This document shows, one piece after another, positions 1-9,393 of a stretch of 34,885 nucleotides of DNA (its first letter is position 1; every line of letters begins with the position of its first letter). Under the pieces are notes generated by a model. It worked only from the letters and a program-made list of their open reading frames with translations. It was not told the origin of the DNA and did no database searches. The translations under genes were made by a program, and so were the position numbers. This DNA comes from an uncultured Nitrososphaerota archaeon (GTDB lineage: Archaea > Korarchaeota > Korarchaeia > Korarchaeales > Korarchaeaceae), in NCBI GenBank assembly GCA_964618805.1, contig CAZUBM010000021.1, forward strand, positions 1-34,885. Reading direction: 5' to 3'.

Positions 1-18
1 GGTAGCCTACTGGATTTG

Positions 19-516
19 ATGACACTAAAAAGAGCAGACTGGAGTATTCTCAAAGAGATAGCTAAGAAAATTGGAGAACAGAATCCAAAAAATTGCTTTG
101 AGTGCACGAAGTGCACCAGTGGTTGTCCAGCAGCAGAGTTCCTGGAGATGTATCCTCATAAAATTGTATGTGCTGTTAGGGAAGGACTTGCAGAAGAGAT
201 CATTAACTCTGATTTGATTTGGAGGTGCGCTTTATGTCTTAAATGCAAGGAAAGGTGTCCTCAAGAGGTTGCACCATCAGATCTTATAATAGCTCTAAGA
301 AACATCGCCACAGATAGGGGAATTGGAGTCCCTGAGGACCTGAATTCCGCTCTTAACTCGATCATGGAGATAGGATACATTCACCCTCCAATGAAAGCTT
401 TCTCAAGAAGGCTCAGGAAAACCTATACAAGGGAACAGCTTGGCCTAAAACTTCTGAAAGGTCCTAAGAATGTTGAGGCCTTCAGGGAGGCGCTGATGGC
501 TATATTCGAGGAGTGA
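19..516 (+). CDS. hdrC: Heterodisulfide reductase subunit C-like (2x[4Fe-4S])
   Basis: Two CxxCxxCxxxCP motifs (CFECTKCTSGCP; IWRCALCLKCKERCP), ~165 aa, directly upstream of an hdrB. ATG at 19 chosen over in-frame TTG at 16. Confidence 0.88.
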   Translation: MTLKRADWSILKEIAKKIGEQNPKNCFECTKCTSGCPAAEFLEMYPHKIVCAVREGLAEEIINSDLIWRCALCLKCKERCPQEVAPSDLIIALRNIATDRGIGVPEDLNSALNSIMEIGYIHPPMKAFSRRLRKTYTREQLGLKLLKGPKNVEAFREALMAIFEE

Positions 517-532
517 CATGGGAGGTTTTAGA

Positions 533-1414
533 TTGGGTAGCAGTAATTTGAAGTACGCTCTCTATCTAGGATGCATGATAGCAAATGAGGAATATGCGTA
601 TGAGATGTCTACTAGAGAGATCATGAGAGAGCTTGGGGTTGAACTTGTAGATCTAGAAGGAGAAAGCTGCTGCGGTAGCCCAATTCGCAGCTTAAACACA
701 AAATTATGGCTTTATCTCGCAGCAAGAAACCTTTCCCTAGCTGAAAGAACTGGATTAGACCTCCTTTGTCTATGTAGTGGGTGTTTCGAGTCCTTACTAG
801 AAGCAAAATACTTTCTGGAGAATAATGAAGCTCTAAAGAGGCGAGTTAACGAAGCATTGTCTCTAGAAGGACTTAGGTATACGGGTAAATGTAAGGTTAA
901 ACACCTTGTACAGGTTTTATACGATGATCTGGGGGTTGAAAAGCTAAAAGAGCACTTAAAAAAGGACTTAGGGGGTTTAAAGCTAGCATCTCATCCCGGA
1001 TGCCATTTACTTAGACCAAGTAAGGTGCTCAGAGCAGATGACCCAGAGGATCCAAGGAAGCTAGACGAGCTCATTGAAGCCTGTGGAGCCGAATCTGTTG
1101 ATTATCCAGAAAAGCTAGATTGTTGTGGTGCTGGGCTTCTTTTGATGAAGCCAGAAGGAACTCTTAGTTTTGCTGGAACCAAACTGAAAGCACTAGCAGC
1201 TAGAAATGTAGATGGCTTAGTAACAGTATGTCCCGCTTGTCATATCGTTTTTGATAAAAGACAAAGAGCTATATGCAAGCAAGTAGGCATCGATAAGAGG
1301 ATTCCAGTCATCTATTATCCCCAGTTGTTAGGATTGGCCTTTGGAATAGATCCTGAAAAGCTGGGGATTCATCTGAATAGCAGTCCTGTAGAGCAACTTC
1401 TATCTAAGATATAG
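533..1414 (+). CDS. hdrB: Heterodisulfide reductase subunit B-like (two CCG domains)
   Basis: YALYLGC N-terminus, SCCGSP..CSGC and HPGCH..DCCGAG..VCPACH motifs, C-terminal IPVIYYPQLLGLAFG. The ORF opens at 518, but GGAGG (521-525) lies 7 nt before an in-frame TTG at 533. Confidence 0.9.
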   Translation: MGSSNLKYALYLGCMIANEEYAYEMSTREIMRELGVELVDLEGESCCGSPIRSLNTKLWLYLAARNLSLAERTGLDLLCLCSGCFESLLEAKYFLENNEALKRRVNEALSLEGLRYTGKCKVKHLVQVLYDDLGVEKLKEHLKKDLGGLKLASHPGCHLLRPSKVLRADDPEDPRKLDELIEACGAESVDYPEKLDCCGAGLLLMKPEGTLSFAGTKLKALAARNVDGLVTVCPACHIVFDKRQRAICKQVGIDKRIPVIYYPQLLGLAFGIDPEKLGIHLNSSPVEQLLSKI

Positions 1415-1417
1415 GAT

Positions 1418-2206
1418 TCATTTGCCTTTGAACACGGGTTTTCTTTTTGAAAGGAAAGCCTGTAATCCCTCCTTCGCATCTTCAGTTGAAAAAAGAATGC
1501 TAAAAGCTTGCCTCTCTAGCTCTAATCCCACATTAAGGGGGACCTGGGACCCTAAATTCAGAACTCGTTTTATAAGACTTTGAGCTATCGTAGGCCCTTT
1601 CGCAATAATTCTTGCTAGAGATGCAACCTCTTCCTCAAGCTTCTCCTCCGGCACAACTTTGTGAACAAGGCCCATTTTCAAGGCTTCTAACGCAGAAATT
1701 CTCTCCCCAAGCATCAAAATTTCCATCGCCCTCGATAAACCTACTATCCTGGCTAATCTCTGAGTGGCTCCCCAGCCTGGAATAATCCCTAGCTTAACTT
1801 CAGGGTTTCCTAGCTGAGCATTCTCGGTTGCTACCCTAAAATCGCATGCTAAAGCAAGTTCAAGTCCTCCACCCAAAGCATAGCCATTTATGGCTGCAAT
1901 CACGGGAACACGAAGGCTTTCGATTTTATTCATCAGTCTCTGTCCAATTTCAGATAATTTCCAAGCTCCCTGAGGATCTAGCTTAGACAACATTTCTAAA
2001 TCAGCACCAGCACAAAAAGCCCTTTCTCCTTCTCCAGTTATTATAACACACCTTACCCCCTCATCGTCCTCTATCCTATTCATAACGTCCGAGAGTTCCT
2101 CTAACATCTTCATGTTGAAAACATTCAGCTTATCTGGCCTGTTTAAATAAATCCAGAGAATCCCCTCCTTCTTCTCTACCTTTATCGTCTCATAATTTGT
2201 ATACAT
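1418..2206 (-). CDS. Enoyl-CoA hydratase (crotonase family)
   Basis: LNRPDKLN, AFCAGADL, AAINGYALGGGLELALACDFR, PEVKLGIIPGWGATQRL; both catalytic Glu positions present. Confidence 0.93.
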   Translation of the reverse strand: MYTNYETIKVEKKEGILWIYLNRPDKLNVFNMKMLEELSDVMNRIEDDEGVRCVIITGEGERAFCAGADLEMLSKLDPQGAWKLSEIGQRLMNKIESLRVPVIAAINGYALGGGLELALACDFRVATENAQLGNPEVKLGIIPGWGATQRLARIVGLSRAMEILMLGERISALEALKMGLVHKVVPEEKLEEEVASLARIIAKGPTIAQSLIKRVLNLGSQVPLNVGLELERQAFSILFSTEDAKEGLQAFLSKRKPVFKGK

Positions 2207-3380
2207 AGAACCCTCTCCCTGCCTCCTTGCCTATCCAACCCTTCTTAATGTAATCCTTTAAAAGAGGACAGGGCCTATAGATCTCCTCTCTTTTCTGTGA
2301 AAATAGCAAATCAAGTTTTCTAACCACCTGCTCAATCCCCAACTCATCTCCTATCTCAAGGGGTCCCTTTGGCCAGCCAGCTCCCAGTTTCATTGCTGTA
2401 TCTACGTCTTTGATTTCAGCAACTTCATCCATAATAATCCATGCTGCCTCATTCACCGTGACCACTAGGAACTCCGATGAATCATACTTTTTTGCTAGTT
2501 CTTCTGGAATTTTAGGCCTTCCTGCGCTCCAATCATAGAAGCCTCTTCCTGTTTTCTTTCCCAGATTTCCTTGGGTTATCAGCTCATCCATGATTGGACA
2601 GTACTTTAATCTATCTCCGTAGGCATTTGAGAGAACTTTCATTATCTCAGAGAGCACATCAAGGCCTATGTAATCAGCTAACTCGAAAGGACCCATTGGA
2701 AGCCCTGCATCGTACTTGGCTGCGGCATCAACCTCTTCCTTTCTAGCCCTACCTAAATAGACATCCCATAAAACCTTGTTAAACATTGCACCAAGTATTC
2801 TATTCACGATGAAACCCCTGAAATCCCTTTTTACTAATACGGGGGTCTTACCCAAATTTCTCGCAAGCTCCATAACCCTCTTAATCGTATCTTCGCTCGT
2901 GTAATTTCCCTTGATGACTTCGACAAGGGCCATAATCTGAGGAGGATTGAAAAAGTGCATTCCAGCCACTTTATCGGGTCTTTTTGTATTTTTGGAAATC
3001 TCCGTTATGCTCAGACTTGAGGTATTTGAGGTCAAGATAGCGCTTTTAGGGGTCACCTCATCAAGCTTCTGAAACACTACTTTTTTGAGGTCCATCCTCT
3101 CTGGAACAGCTTCTATTGCTAGATCTATATTACTCAAGTCCTCATAGCTTGTCGTTGGTTTTATCCTCGCAAGAGAGGCCTTAATCTCATCTTTTTCTAT
3201 TTTCCCTCTTTCAGCTAGCTTATTAAGGCTCCATTTGATTCTCTCTATAGCTCTGTTGAGTATTTCTTGGCTTATGTCAACAAGATATACATTTAGGCCA
3301 GCCATGGCACAAAGTTGAGCGATCCCATGACCCATAACTCCTGCTCCAACAACAGCTATAGTTTCCATCTTCTCGTCCAT
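2190..3380 (-). CDS. 3-hydroxyacyl-CoA dehydrogenase (NAD-binding domain plus two C-terminal domains)
   Basis: VVGAGVMGHGIA Rossmann motif, EAVPE, SNTSSL, GMHFFNP, GFIVNR, PMGPFEL, repeated GKKTGRGFY/GKEAGRGFY C-domain ends. Confidence 0.93.
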   Translation of the reverse strand: MDEKMETIAVVGAGVMGHGIAQLCAMAGLNVYLVDISQEILNRAIERIKWSLNKLAERGKIEKDEIKASLARIKPTTSYEDLSNIDLAIEAVPERMDLKKVVFQKLDEVTPKSAILTSNTSSLSITEISKNTKRPDKVAGMHFFNPPQIMALVEVIKGNYTSEDTIKRVMELARNLGKTPVLVKRDFRGFIVNRILGAMFNKVLWDVYLGRARKEEVDAAAKYDAGLPMGPFELADYIGLDVLSEIMKVLSNAYGDRLKYCPIMDELITQGNLGKKTGRGFYDWSAGRPKIPEELAKKYDSSEFLVVTVNEAAWIIMDEVAEIKDVDTAMKLGAGWPKGPLEIGDELGIEQVVRKLDLLFSQKREEIYRPCPLLKDYIKKGWIGKEAGRGFYVYKL

Positions 3381-3809
3381 TCAATCACCCTCCTTATCCC
3401 AAGGCACAAACCTGTAGGTTAAAGAACCATGTTCCTCCTTTGCTAAAAGCCTAACTTTCATTCCAATTGAGACTTTTTCTCCCTCGAACCAGGCTAAAAC
3501 TTTGACATCCTCCTTCATTTTCGCCACGACTATGGTATATGGAGCCTCTCCAGAAAAGCTGGCTGGAGCAGCTATTATTCTTGTATAAGTTTCGATTACA
3601 CCTTCATCGCTCAATTCAACCCATTCTATGTCTGAACTAAGGCACACGGGGCAAATTGGTGAGGGAGGGAACCTAAGCGTTAGGCATTTCCTACACCTTG
3701 TTGCTAAGACCTTTCCTTCTCTTAGGCCTTCCCAAAACTTCTTAATTCTAGATATTGGGATCTTATACACCAAACTCAAAGTCTTTGAAGTGATAAAGGG
3801 CTCACTCAC
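3381..3809 (-). CDS. DUF35 Zn-ribbon/OB-fold protein (thiolase partner)
   Basis: FWEGLREGK, CRKC..FPP..CPVC zinc ribbon followed by OB-fold; immediately downstream of a thiolase. Confidence 0.88.
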   Translation of the reverse strand: MSEPFITSKTLSLVYKIPISRIKKFWEGLREGKVLATRCRKCLTLRFPPSPICPVCLSSDIEWVELSDEGVIETYTRIIAAPASFSGEAPYTIVVAKMKEDVKVLAWFEGEKVSIGMKVRLLAKEEHGSLTYRFVPWDKEGD

Positions 3810-3815
3810 TTCTAT

Positions 3816-4979
3816 TCACCTTCCTAAAACGGTTACATAGCAATACTGCCCAGTTCCTCCTACGTTATGAGCTAATGCTAAGTATTTGTTCAGTGGAGCC
3901 TGTCTACTAGGTTCTACTTCTTCTCTCAATTGTTTGGTAAGCTCAGCAATCATTGAGACGCCAGTAGCTCCCAAAGGATGTCCTTTTGCTTTCAATCCTC
4001 CATCAATATTCACCGGAATCTTACCTCCAATCTCAGTTTCTCCTTCTCTTATCAATTTAGCTCCCTCTCCTTTTTTGCAGAAACCCAGATCCTCATAAGC
4101 GATTATTTCCGCTATGGTAAAGCAATCATGAACCTCTGCTACCTCTATTTCCTTTGCATCTACTTTTGCCATCTTATATGCTAGTTGAGCTGCCTCTCTA
4201 CTTGCTCTAAGTCCAAGGAAATCAGATCTATTTCCCATCGTTGAGGTATCGGAGGAAACCCCTATTCCCTTGATCCAAACAGGTGTGTCCACGCCCATCT
4301 CTTTGACCTTCTCTTTAGAGGCCAGAACCACTGCAGCGGCGCCATCGCTTATAGGGCAACAATCATAAAGCTTGAGAGGCCATGCTATTGTTCTTGAGGA
4401 GAGAACCTCTTCCACAGTTATCTCATTTTGAAAGTGAGCCTTTGGATTCCTAGCTCCATACTTGTGATTTTTGACAGCTACTAAAGCTAAGTCCTCTTCG
4501 GTTGTGCCAAACTTATTCATGTGAGCTGTCGCATAGAGAGCATAGTAAGCAGGAAAAGTGACCCCAAACCCGTGGAATTCCCAGAAATAAGATCCAGCCC
4601 TGCCTAAGATCTCTATCATTGTTGGTGTTTCTACCTCTGTCATCTTCTCTACACCAAGCGCTACCGCTATATCGAACATCCCAGAAGAGACTGCCATCCA
4701 AGCTACATAGAAGGCCGCACTTCCGCTTGCACAGGCCGCTTCACATCTCATTAGCATTGCTCCATGAATTCCAGCCTGTTCAGCTACTATGGAGGCTGGG
4801 CTTACGTCCTCAGAACTTAAGCCGAAGTTGCCAACCGACAGAAATTTAACTTCTTTTTTGTCAATTTTTGAATCCTCAAAAGCCTCTTTTAAAGCATCTA
4901 CAGCCAATTCAGAAAGACTAGCATCTCTCCTCTTTCCAAACCTAGTTTGGCCGACCCCAATCACGGCTACTTCTTTCAT
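3816..4979 (-). CDS. Archaeal acetyl-CoA C-acyltransferase (thiolase, SCP2-like HDCF type)
   Basis: CEAACASG nucleophile motif, GVEKM, CCPISDGAAA, EVHDCF, KGHPLGATG, HNVGG. Confidence 0.92.
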   Translation of the reverse strand: MKEVAVIGVGQTRFGKRRDASLSELAVDALKEAFEDSKIDKKEVKFLSVGNFGLSSEDVSPASIVAEQAGIHGAMLMRCEAACASGSAAFYVAWMAVSSGMFDIAVALGVEKMTEVETPTMIEILGRAGSYFWEFHGFGVTFPAYYALYATAHMNKFGTTEEDLALVAVKNHKYGARNPKAHFQNEITVEEVLSSRTIAWPLKLYDCCPISDGAAAVVLASKEKVKEMGVDTPVWIKGIGVSSDTSTMGNRSDFLGLRASREAAQLAYKMAKVDAKEIEVAEVHDCFTIAEIIAYEDLGFCKKGEGAKLIREGETEIGGKIPVNIDGGLKAKGHPLGATGVSMIAELTKQLREEVEPSRQAPLNKYLALAHNVGGTGQYCYVTVLGR

Positions 4980-5006
4980 TTTGACAGCCTTTCCCCCTTA
5001 CCAAGT

Positions 5007-5014
5007 TATTTAAA
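5007..5014 (-). promoter_or_regulatory. Putative TATA box of the thiolase-DUF35-HAD-ECH operon
   Basis: TTTAAATA on the minus strand 28-35 nt upstream of the ATG at 4979. Confidence 0.4.
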
Positions 5015-5165
5015 ATTATTAGGAAATCAAAGCTGCTTGCATAAGGAAACTTCGTCGATGCCTAAAATATATCAAGCGTTTTGATATAATTCACGTTATG
5101 GGATGATGCCGTTAGCGTTAAAATTCTTATTACATTTAACTCTTAATTTCCAGAATCAAATTAAT

Positions 5166-6065
5166 CTAGTAGAAGAAAATCCTTCCTGCCGAGATTATCT
5201 TCCTTACATCATCTACGAACACGTCCACTCCTATGACCTTTGGAAGCTTTAACAGAAAATCTCTCTCTGTTATTATCCCCTGACCTTTTCCGACGATTAG
5301 GTGGCCTATTCCATGCTTTCTCATTATAGAAATAGCCTTACCTATGTCTTCGAGTGGATCAACGGTTACTATCTCTTTCGGATTTAAGGCTTGTAAGGGA
5401 GTTGCATGTACTTCCTTTAGTCTTTTATCCTTAAGCATGCTAAGTGTCTTCTCGTTAGAGTAGAAGGAAATCAGGTCCATTATTGTCAAAATTCCTTTCA
5501 GCCCTGTTGTTGTTTTGAGAACCAGTCTCCTTATATCATTAGATATCATAACTTTCTGTCCTTCCAAGACAGAGGCCTGAGGAGGAAGGGTTATTAAACA
5601 AGTGGTCATGATCTCCCCTACTCTCACATGGGTCTCTACATCTGAGAAAAGGGCCATCAAATGCTTTTCAGATATTATCCCTACGACCCTTCTGTTATCA
5701 TCCACAACTGGAAGGGCCCCTATGTCTCTCTCCATCATCAAATCCACGACTTCAACTAAAGAATCATCAAGTGAGCACCAAGGATAAGGAAACATTATAG
5801 AATAGGCCGTTTCTCTTTCTAATGCTGTATATAAATCCATGTTATACTCTTCAACAACTTTTCTGAACTTGTCTCCTCCGCCCATAAGGTTTATCAAATA
5901 CTTAGCTGAAACAACCCCCTCCAACCTTCCCTCATCATCTGCAACCACAGCATGTCTTATTTTCTTCCTGTTCATCTCTAGCATGACGTTTAAAAGGCTG
6001 GTCTCAGGCTTAACTACTATAGCTGGAGGGTACCTGCCGACCTTGAGTTCCCTAAGCGTCTTCAC
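5166..6065 (-). CDS. Four-CBS-domain protein (putative adenylate sensor)
   Basis: Repeated CBS elements (KIRHAVVAD..LEGVVS; DIGALPVVD..VVGIISEKH; DIRRLV..GILTIMD; GIGHLIV..GIITERD). Confidence 0.85.
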   Translation of the reverse strand: MKTLRELKVGRYPPAIVVKPETSLLNVMLEMNRKKIRHAVVADDEGRLEGVVSAKYLINLMGGGDKFRKVVEEYNMDLYTALERETAYSIMFPYPWCSLDDSLVEVVDLMMERDIGALPVVDDNRRVVGIISEKHLMALFSDVETHVRVGEIMTTCLITLPPQASVLEGQKVMISNDIRRLVLKTTTGLKGILTIMDLISFYSNEKTLSMLKDKRLKEVHATPLQALNPKEIVTVDPLEDIGKAISIMRKHGIGHLIVGKGQGIITERDFLLKLPKVIGVDVFVDDVRKIISAGRIFFY

Positions 6066-6085
6066 GCGATCTCCCCCTTTTTAAT

Positions 6086-6098
6086 GTATAAATTTTTT
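6086..6098 (-). promoter_or_regulatory. Putative BRE/TATA of the CBS gene
   Basis: AAAAAATTTATAC on the minus strand ~21-33 nt upstream of GTG at 6065. Confidence 0.35.
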
Positions 6099-6380
6099 AC
6101 AATTGTTTTCCTCGTAAAACTGTGCGCTTTACTTTCATTTAACCATTACGTCACTAGTCATAATTCCTAAGGAAATGAAAAGCTGTGCTTAATTGGTTGG
6201 CAATTAAAGGTGTACGTAAAGATCTTCTAGGGTTCTATTTTTCAGTGTGCGAGTTAATATCGTTTAATGCCTCACTTTCCATAGAGGTTCTTGTAAAAAG
6301 AAGTCAGAGTAGCTCATCTGTGCTAAGGTGGATTAGAAATGTATTAATCTTTTACCGAAATCTGCAAACGGGGATGTCCA

Positions 6381-7217
6381 GTGGTAGTTAAAGCAGGTTT
6401 CATCAAGCTGGGTAACATAGGCTGTGCCCCTCTTATTGAATTTCTGCTCGACGAAAGAGCAGAAAGAGAGGATTTGACGGTAAGAGTCGTGGGATCTGGC
6501 GCAAAAATGAGCCCAGAGGAAGCAGAGGAGGTTAGCAAGAAGATCTTAGAATTCAATCCAGACTTTGTGGTTATAACTAGTCCAAATGCGGCATTGCCTG
6601 GGCCGACAAAAGCTAGAGAGATATTAGCTGCCTCAGTGCCAGTTATCGTTGTTTCAGATCTTCCGGCAAAGAAAATAGTCCCTGATTTAGAGGAAAAAGG
6701 AATTGGTTACATAATAGTGGAAGCAGATGCTATGCTAGGAGCCAGAAGAGAATTCCTAGATCCAATAGAGATGGCTCTCTTTAACGCAGATTTGATCAAG
6801 GTGTTGGCCATAACTGGAGTGTACAATATACTGTTTGAGAGCATAGACAAAGTTATTGAAGCCATTAAAGAAGGGAAAAAGCCTGAGCTGCCTAAAATTA
6901 TTGTGAAAGGAAAGAAAGCTGTAAAAGCAGCAGGATTCTCCAATCCCTATGCAGCATCGAAAGCCCTTGCCTCCTTCGAGATAGCTAAGAATGTAGCTGA
7001 CATTACAGTAACGGCCTGCTTTAAGGAAAAAGATTGGGAAAAATACACCCTCTTATGTTCTGCAGCCCATGAGATGATGGCTCAAGCAGCTAAGCTTGCC
7101 TCAGAAGCTAGAGAAATAGAGAAATATGCCAACAAGGTTCTTAGGAAACCACACTACGATGATGGCACCATACTAGTTAAGAGAGCTCTCATAGAGAAGC
7201 CTTCAAAACCCAAGTAA
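6381..7217 (+). CDS. mtd: F420-dependent methylene-H4MPT dehydrogenase
   Basis: KLGNIG, LLDERAERED, GSGAKM, SPNAALPGP, GARREFLDPIEMALFNAD, FSNPYA..KA, AAHEMM family motifs. Confidence 0.95.
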   Translation: MVVKAGFIKLGNIGCAPLIEFLLDERAEREDLTVRVVGSGAKMSPEEAEEVSKKILEFNPDFVVITSPNAALPGPTKAREILAASVPVIVVSDLPAKKIVPDLEEKGIGYIIVEADAMLGARREFLDPIEMALFNADLIKVLAITGVYNILFESIDKVIEAIKEGKKPELPKIIVKGKKAVKAAGFSNPYAASKALASFEIAKNVADITVTACFKEKDWEKYTLLCSAAHEMMAQAAKLASEAREIEKYANKVLRKPHYDDGTILVKRALIEKPSKPK

Positions 7218-7243
7218 TCTTAAGGAGACGGTACGAGGAGGAG

Positions 7244-8391
7244 CTAACTCAACACCCTTTTTTCTTTAAGCATTAGTGCTAAAAACCCTCCTATCACCAA
7301 ATTAAGGGTTAGAAATACGAATAATGCCCAAAATCCTGCTCTATCTAGTAAATATCCCCCAAAACCAGTTCCAAGAGAAGCTCCAATGAAAGTGCCAGTA
7401 TTTTGAAATGCTAAAGCAGAACCCCTTCTTCTTTTAGAGACGATTTGCGGGATTAACGATATAATAGGGGCTGCCGTCATCGAGTTGGCGAAACCAAAAA
7501 TGAGCAGAACAATTAATATCGTTTTATGGGAGAAAAATAGATTAATGACATTAAAAAAGCCGAAATAAAAGTTGTTGCAGAAACCAAGAGCCCTTTATCG
7601 GTTTTATCCGCTGCAAAGCCTCCAAATATATTTCCAAGAAAGCCAGTTGCAGGAATTACGCTAGATAAAGCTGCAGCTACTTCGATAGAGAAACCTCTTT
7701 CATTTACCAAAAACAATGGGAGGAACGTCGAGAAGCCCATAAATGCTGCCATTCCTAGGAGAGGGGCTATGCAGGCTACGAGGAACTTTAGGGAAATGAA
7801 TTCCTCTCTAACTTCTTTTACTTCAATTTCATGGGTTTGATCCTTTAAGACCAGGAAAAATGCAGCAGCCACAAAAAATCCGGGCAATGCGAGCATTACA
7901 AAGGCATATCTCCACCCTGCTATCAGTGCTATAGGAACTGAAACTACTGGGGCTACAGCCATGCCAATTGAGGTTCCTGACATGAAGATTCCTAATGCCT
8001 TTCCTCTTTTCTCAATAGGAAAGGCGCTCGATATGGCTGAAGTAATGGGAGGAAAGTAAGTTCCAGCAAATAGACCAAATAATACTCTTAATATCAAAAA
8101 TTGCTCAAAATTTCTCGAGAAACCAATCAAAAGAGTGGCAAAGGAGAAAGCAGCCATCCCTAAAGAGACTACCTTACGTGCTCCATACTTATCGCTCAGA
8201 TAGCCAGCTGGAATCTGGGCTATCGCATAGCTTATCAGGAAACCAGACATCAATAGGCCTGCTTGTGTGTTACTAATTCCCAGATCTCTCATTATCATTG
8301 GAAGCAGAGGAGGAACCATCATCCTGTGGATGTAACTGATTATCCAACCTGCTAAGCCAAGGACTAGTAAGATGAGACCATATCTTCTCAT
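7244..8391 (-). pseudogene. MFS transporter split by a 1-nt frameshift (probably a sequencing error)
   Basis: ORF 7513..8391 has MFS motif A (GYLSDKYGARKV) and RGKALG. Its hydrophobic continuation (KTILIVLLIFGFANSMTAAP..RRGSALA..GGYLLD) is in the -1 frame. Adding one base in the short runs at 7522-7537 gives a 382-aa product. Confidence 0.8.
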
Positions 8392-9290
8392 TTGATCTCA
8401 GCACCTTTAGACTCGGAGCAAGGCGTTATCTTTCTCTTCCTCTCGATCCTACTCTTTCTTAATATAACTAGAGGACGGTGCTCTATCTCCTCTAACATCT
8501 CCCAGCTCACTCCAGTAAGGGAAGTACCAAATCTATTGGCCATATCCCACACAGTAGGGCCAGCTCCATGGCCACGAACTCTATCTGCTATTTTAGCCAT
8601 ATCCAAGATTTCTTCGACATCTGCTTCAAGACCGCACATCGCTATAGGGGTTGATCTGCGCTTTAAATGAAAAATCCTGCCTAAAAAGTAGGCCAATGGA
8701 CCCAGATCTCTAATCCCTTTGACAAAGCTTCTCCTTGGTGCTATATGGTATGATCTGAAAGAATATGTCTTATCGCTATCAGCTATAATGACGGCTACCC
8801 TCTTTCCGGTTTTTTTAAGGATCTCATCCCTTATGTTGCATGCTATTTGACTTGCCTGTTTCAAAGGTAAGGCAACAAAGGAGTAGGCAACGTTAGAGCC
8901 ATCAATACCTCCCTCTGATCCATGCCTTAGAGCTGAGAACAAACCAACCTCATTGATGCAGACTTGCTTGTGTCGAGTTCCCTCAGCAATGGGATAATTC
9001 CTGAATCTGAGGATGTTTTCCCTCTTCATCCTTAGAATAGGACCTAAGAAGTATCCCCAAACAACTCTCATCCAGACTAAAGCTAAGAAATATGCTAATA
9101 AACCGGGTTTAACTTTGCTCTCATCAACTATGTTTCCAAGAGCTACTGAAATGGCTTTTTCAGATACTACAAGAATGTCTCCATCTTCTAATTTTCCCCT
9201 AACGGCTCTTATTATTTCCTCTAAATAATTTGTGTTGGGCCTCCAATAGCCTGTTTTAATCGCCTTTGCTTTGAATTTTCGCAATTTCAT
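8388..9290 (-). CDS. CofE-like (F420-0:gamma-glutamyl ligase fold) protein, non-canonical paralog
   Basis: DGDILVVSEKAIS, GGIDGSNV, LP..A..I..EI, VAVIIADSD motifs of the F420-ligase family; N-terminus (TGYWRP) differs from canonical CofE. Confidence 0.72.
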   Translation of the reverse strand: MKLRKFKAKAIKTGYWRPNTNYLEEIIRAVRGKLEDGDILVVSEKAISVALGNIVDESKVKPGLLAYFLALVWMRVVWGYFLGPILRMKRENILRFRNYPIAEGTRHKQVCINEVGLFSALRHGSEGGIDGSNVAYSFVALPLKQASQIACNIRDEILKKTGKRVAVIIADSDKTYSFRSYHIAPRRSFVKGIRDLGPLAYFLGRIFHLKRRSTPIAMCGLEADVEEILDMAKIADRVRGHGAGPTVWDMANRFGTSLTGVSWEMLEEIEHRPLVILRKSRIERKRKITPCSESKGAEIK

Positions 9291-9393
9291 GGGTCTTGCC
9301 GTTTATTTTCAGAGATAACATGAAAAGTCAAGATTAAAACCAAATAAAGAAATATCCTGCTCCTTGCACCTAAACACCTTTAGGGACTCACTA

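Noticed and set aside
19-1414. hdrCB plus the methyl branch as evidence of methanogenesis
   Set aside because: No mcr or mtr in the window; Hdr-like and H4MPT genes are common in non-methanogenic archaea.
6185-6391. 68-aa ORF in the CBS-mtd intergenic region
   Set aside because: GTG start without a convincing SD and atypical composition; the region is better explained as divergent promoters.
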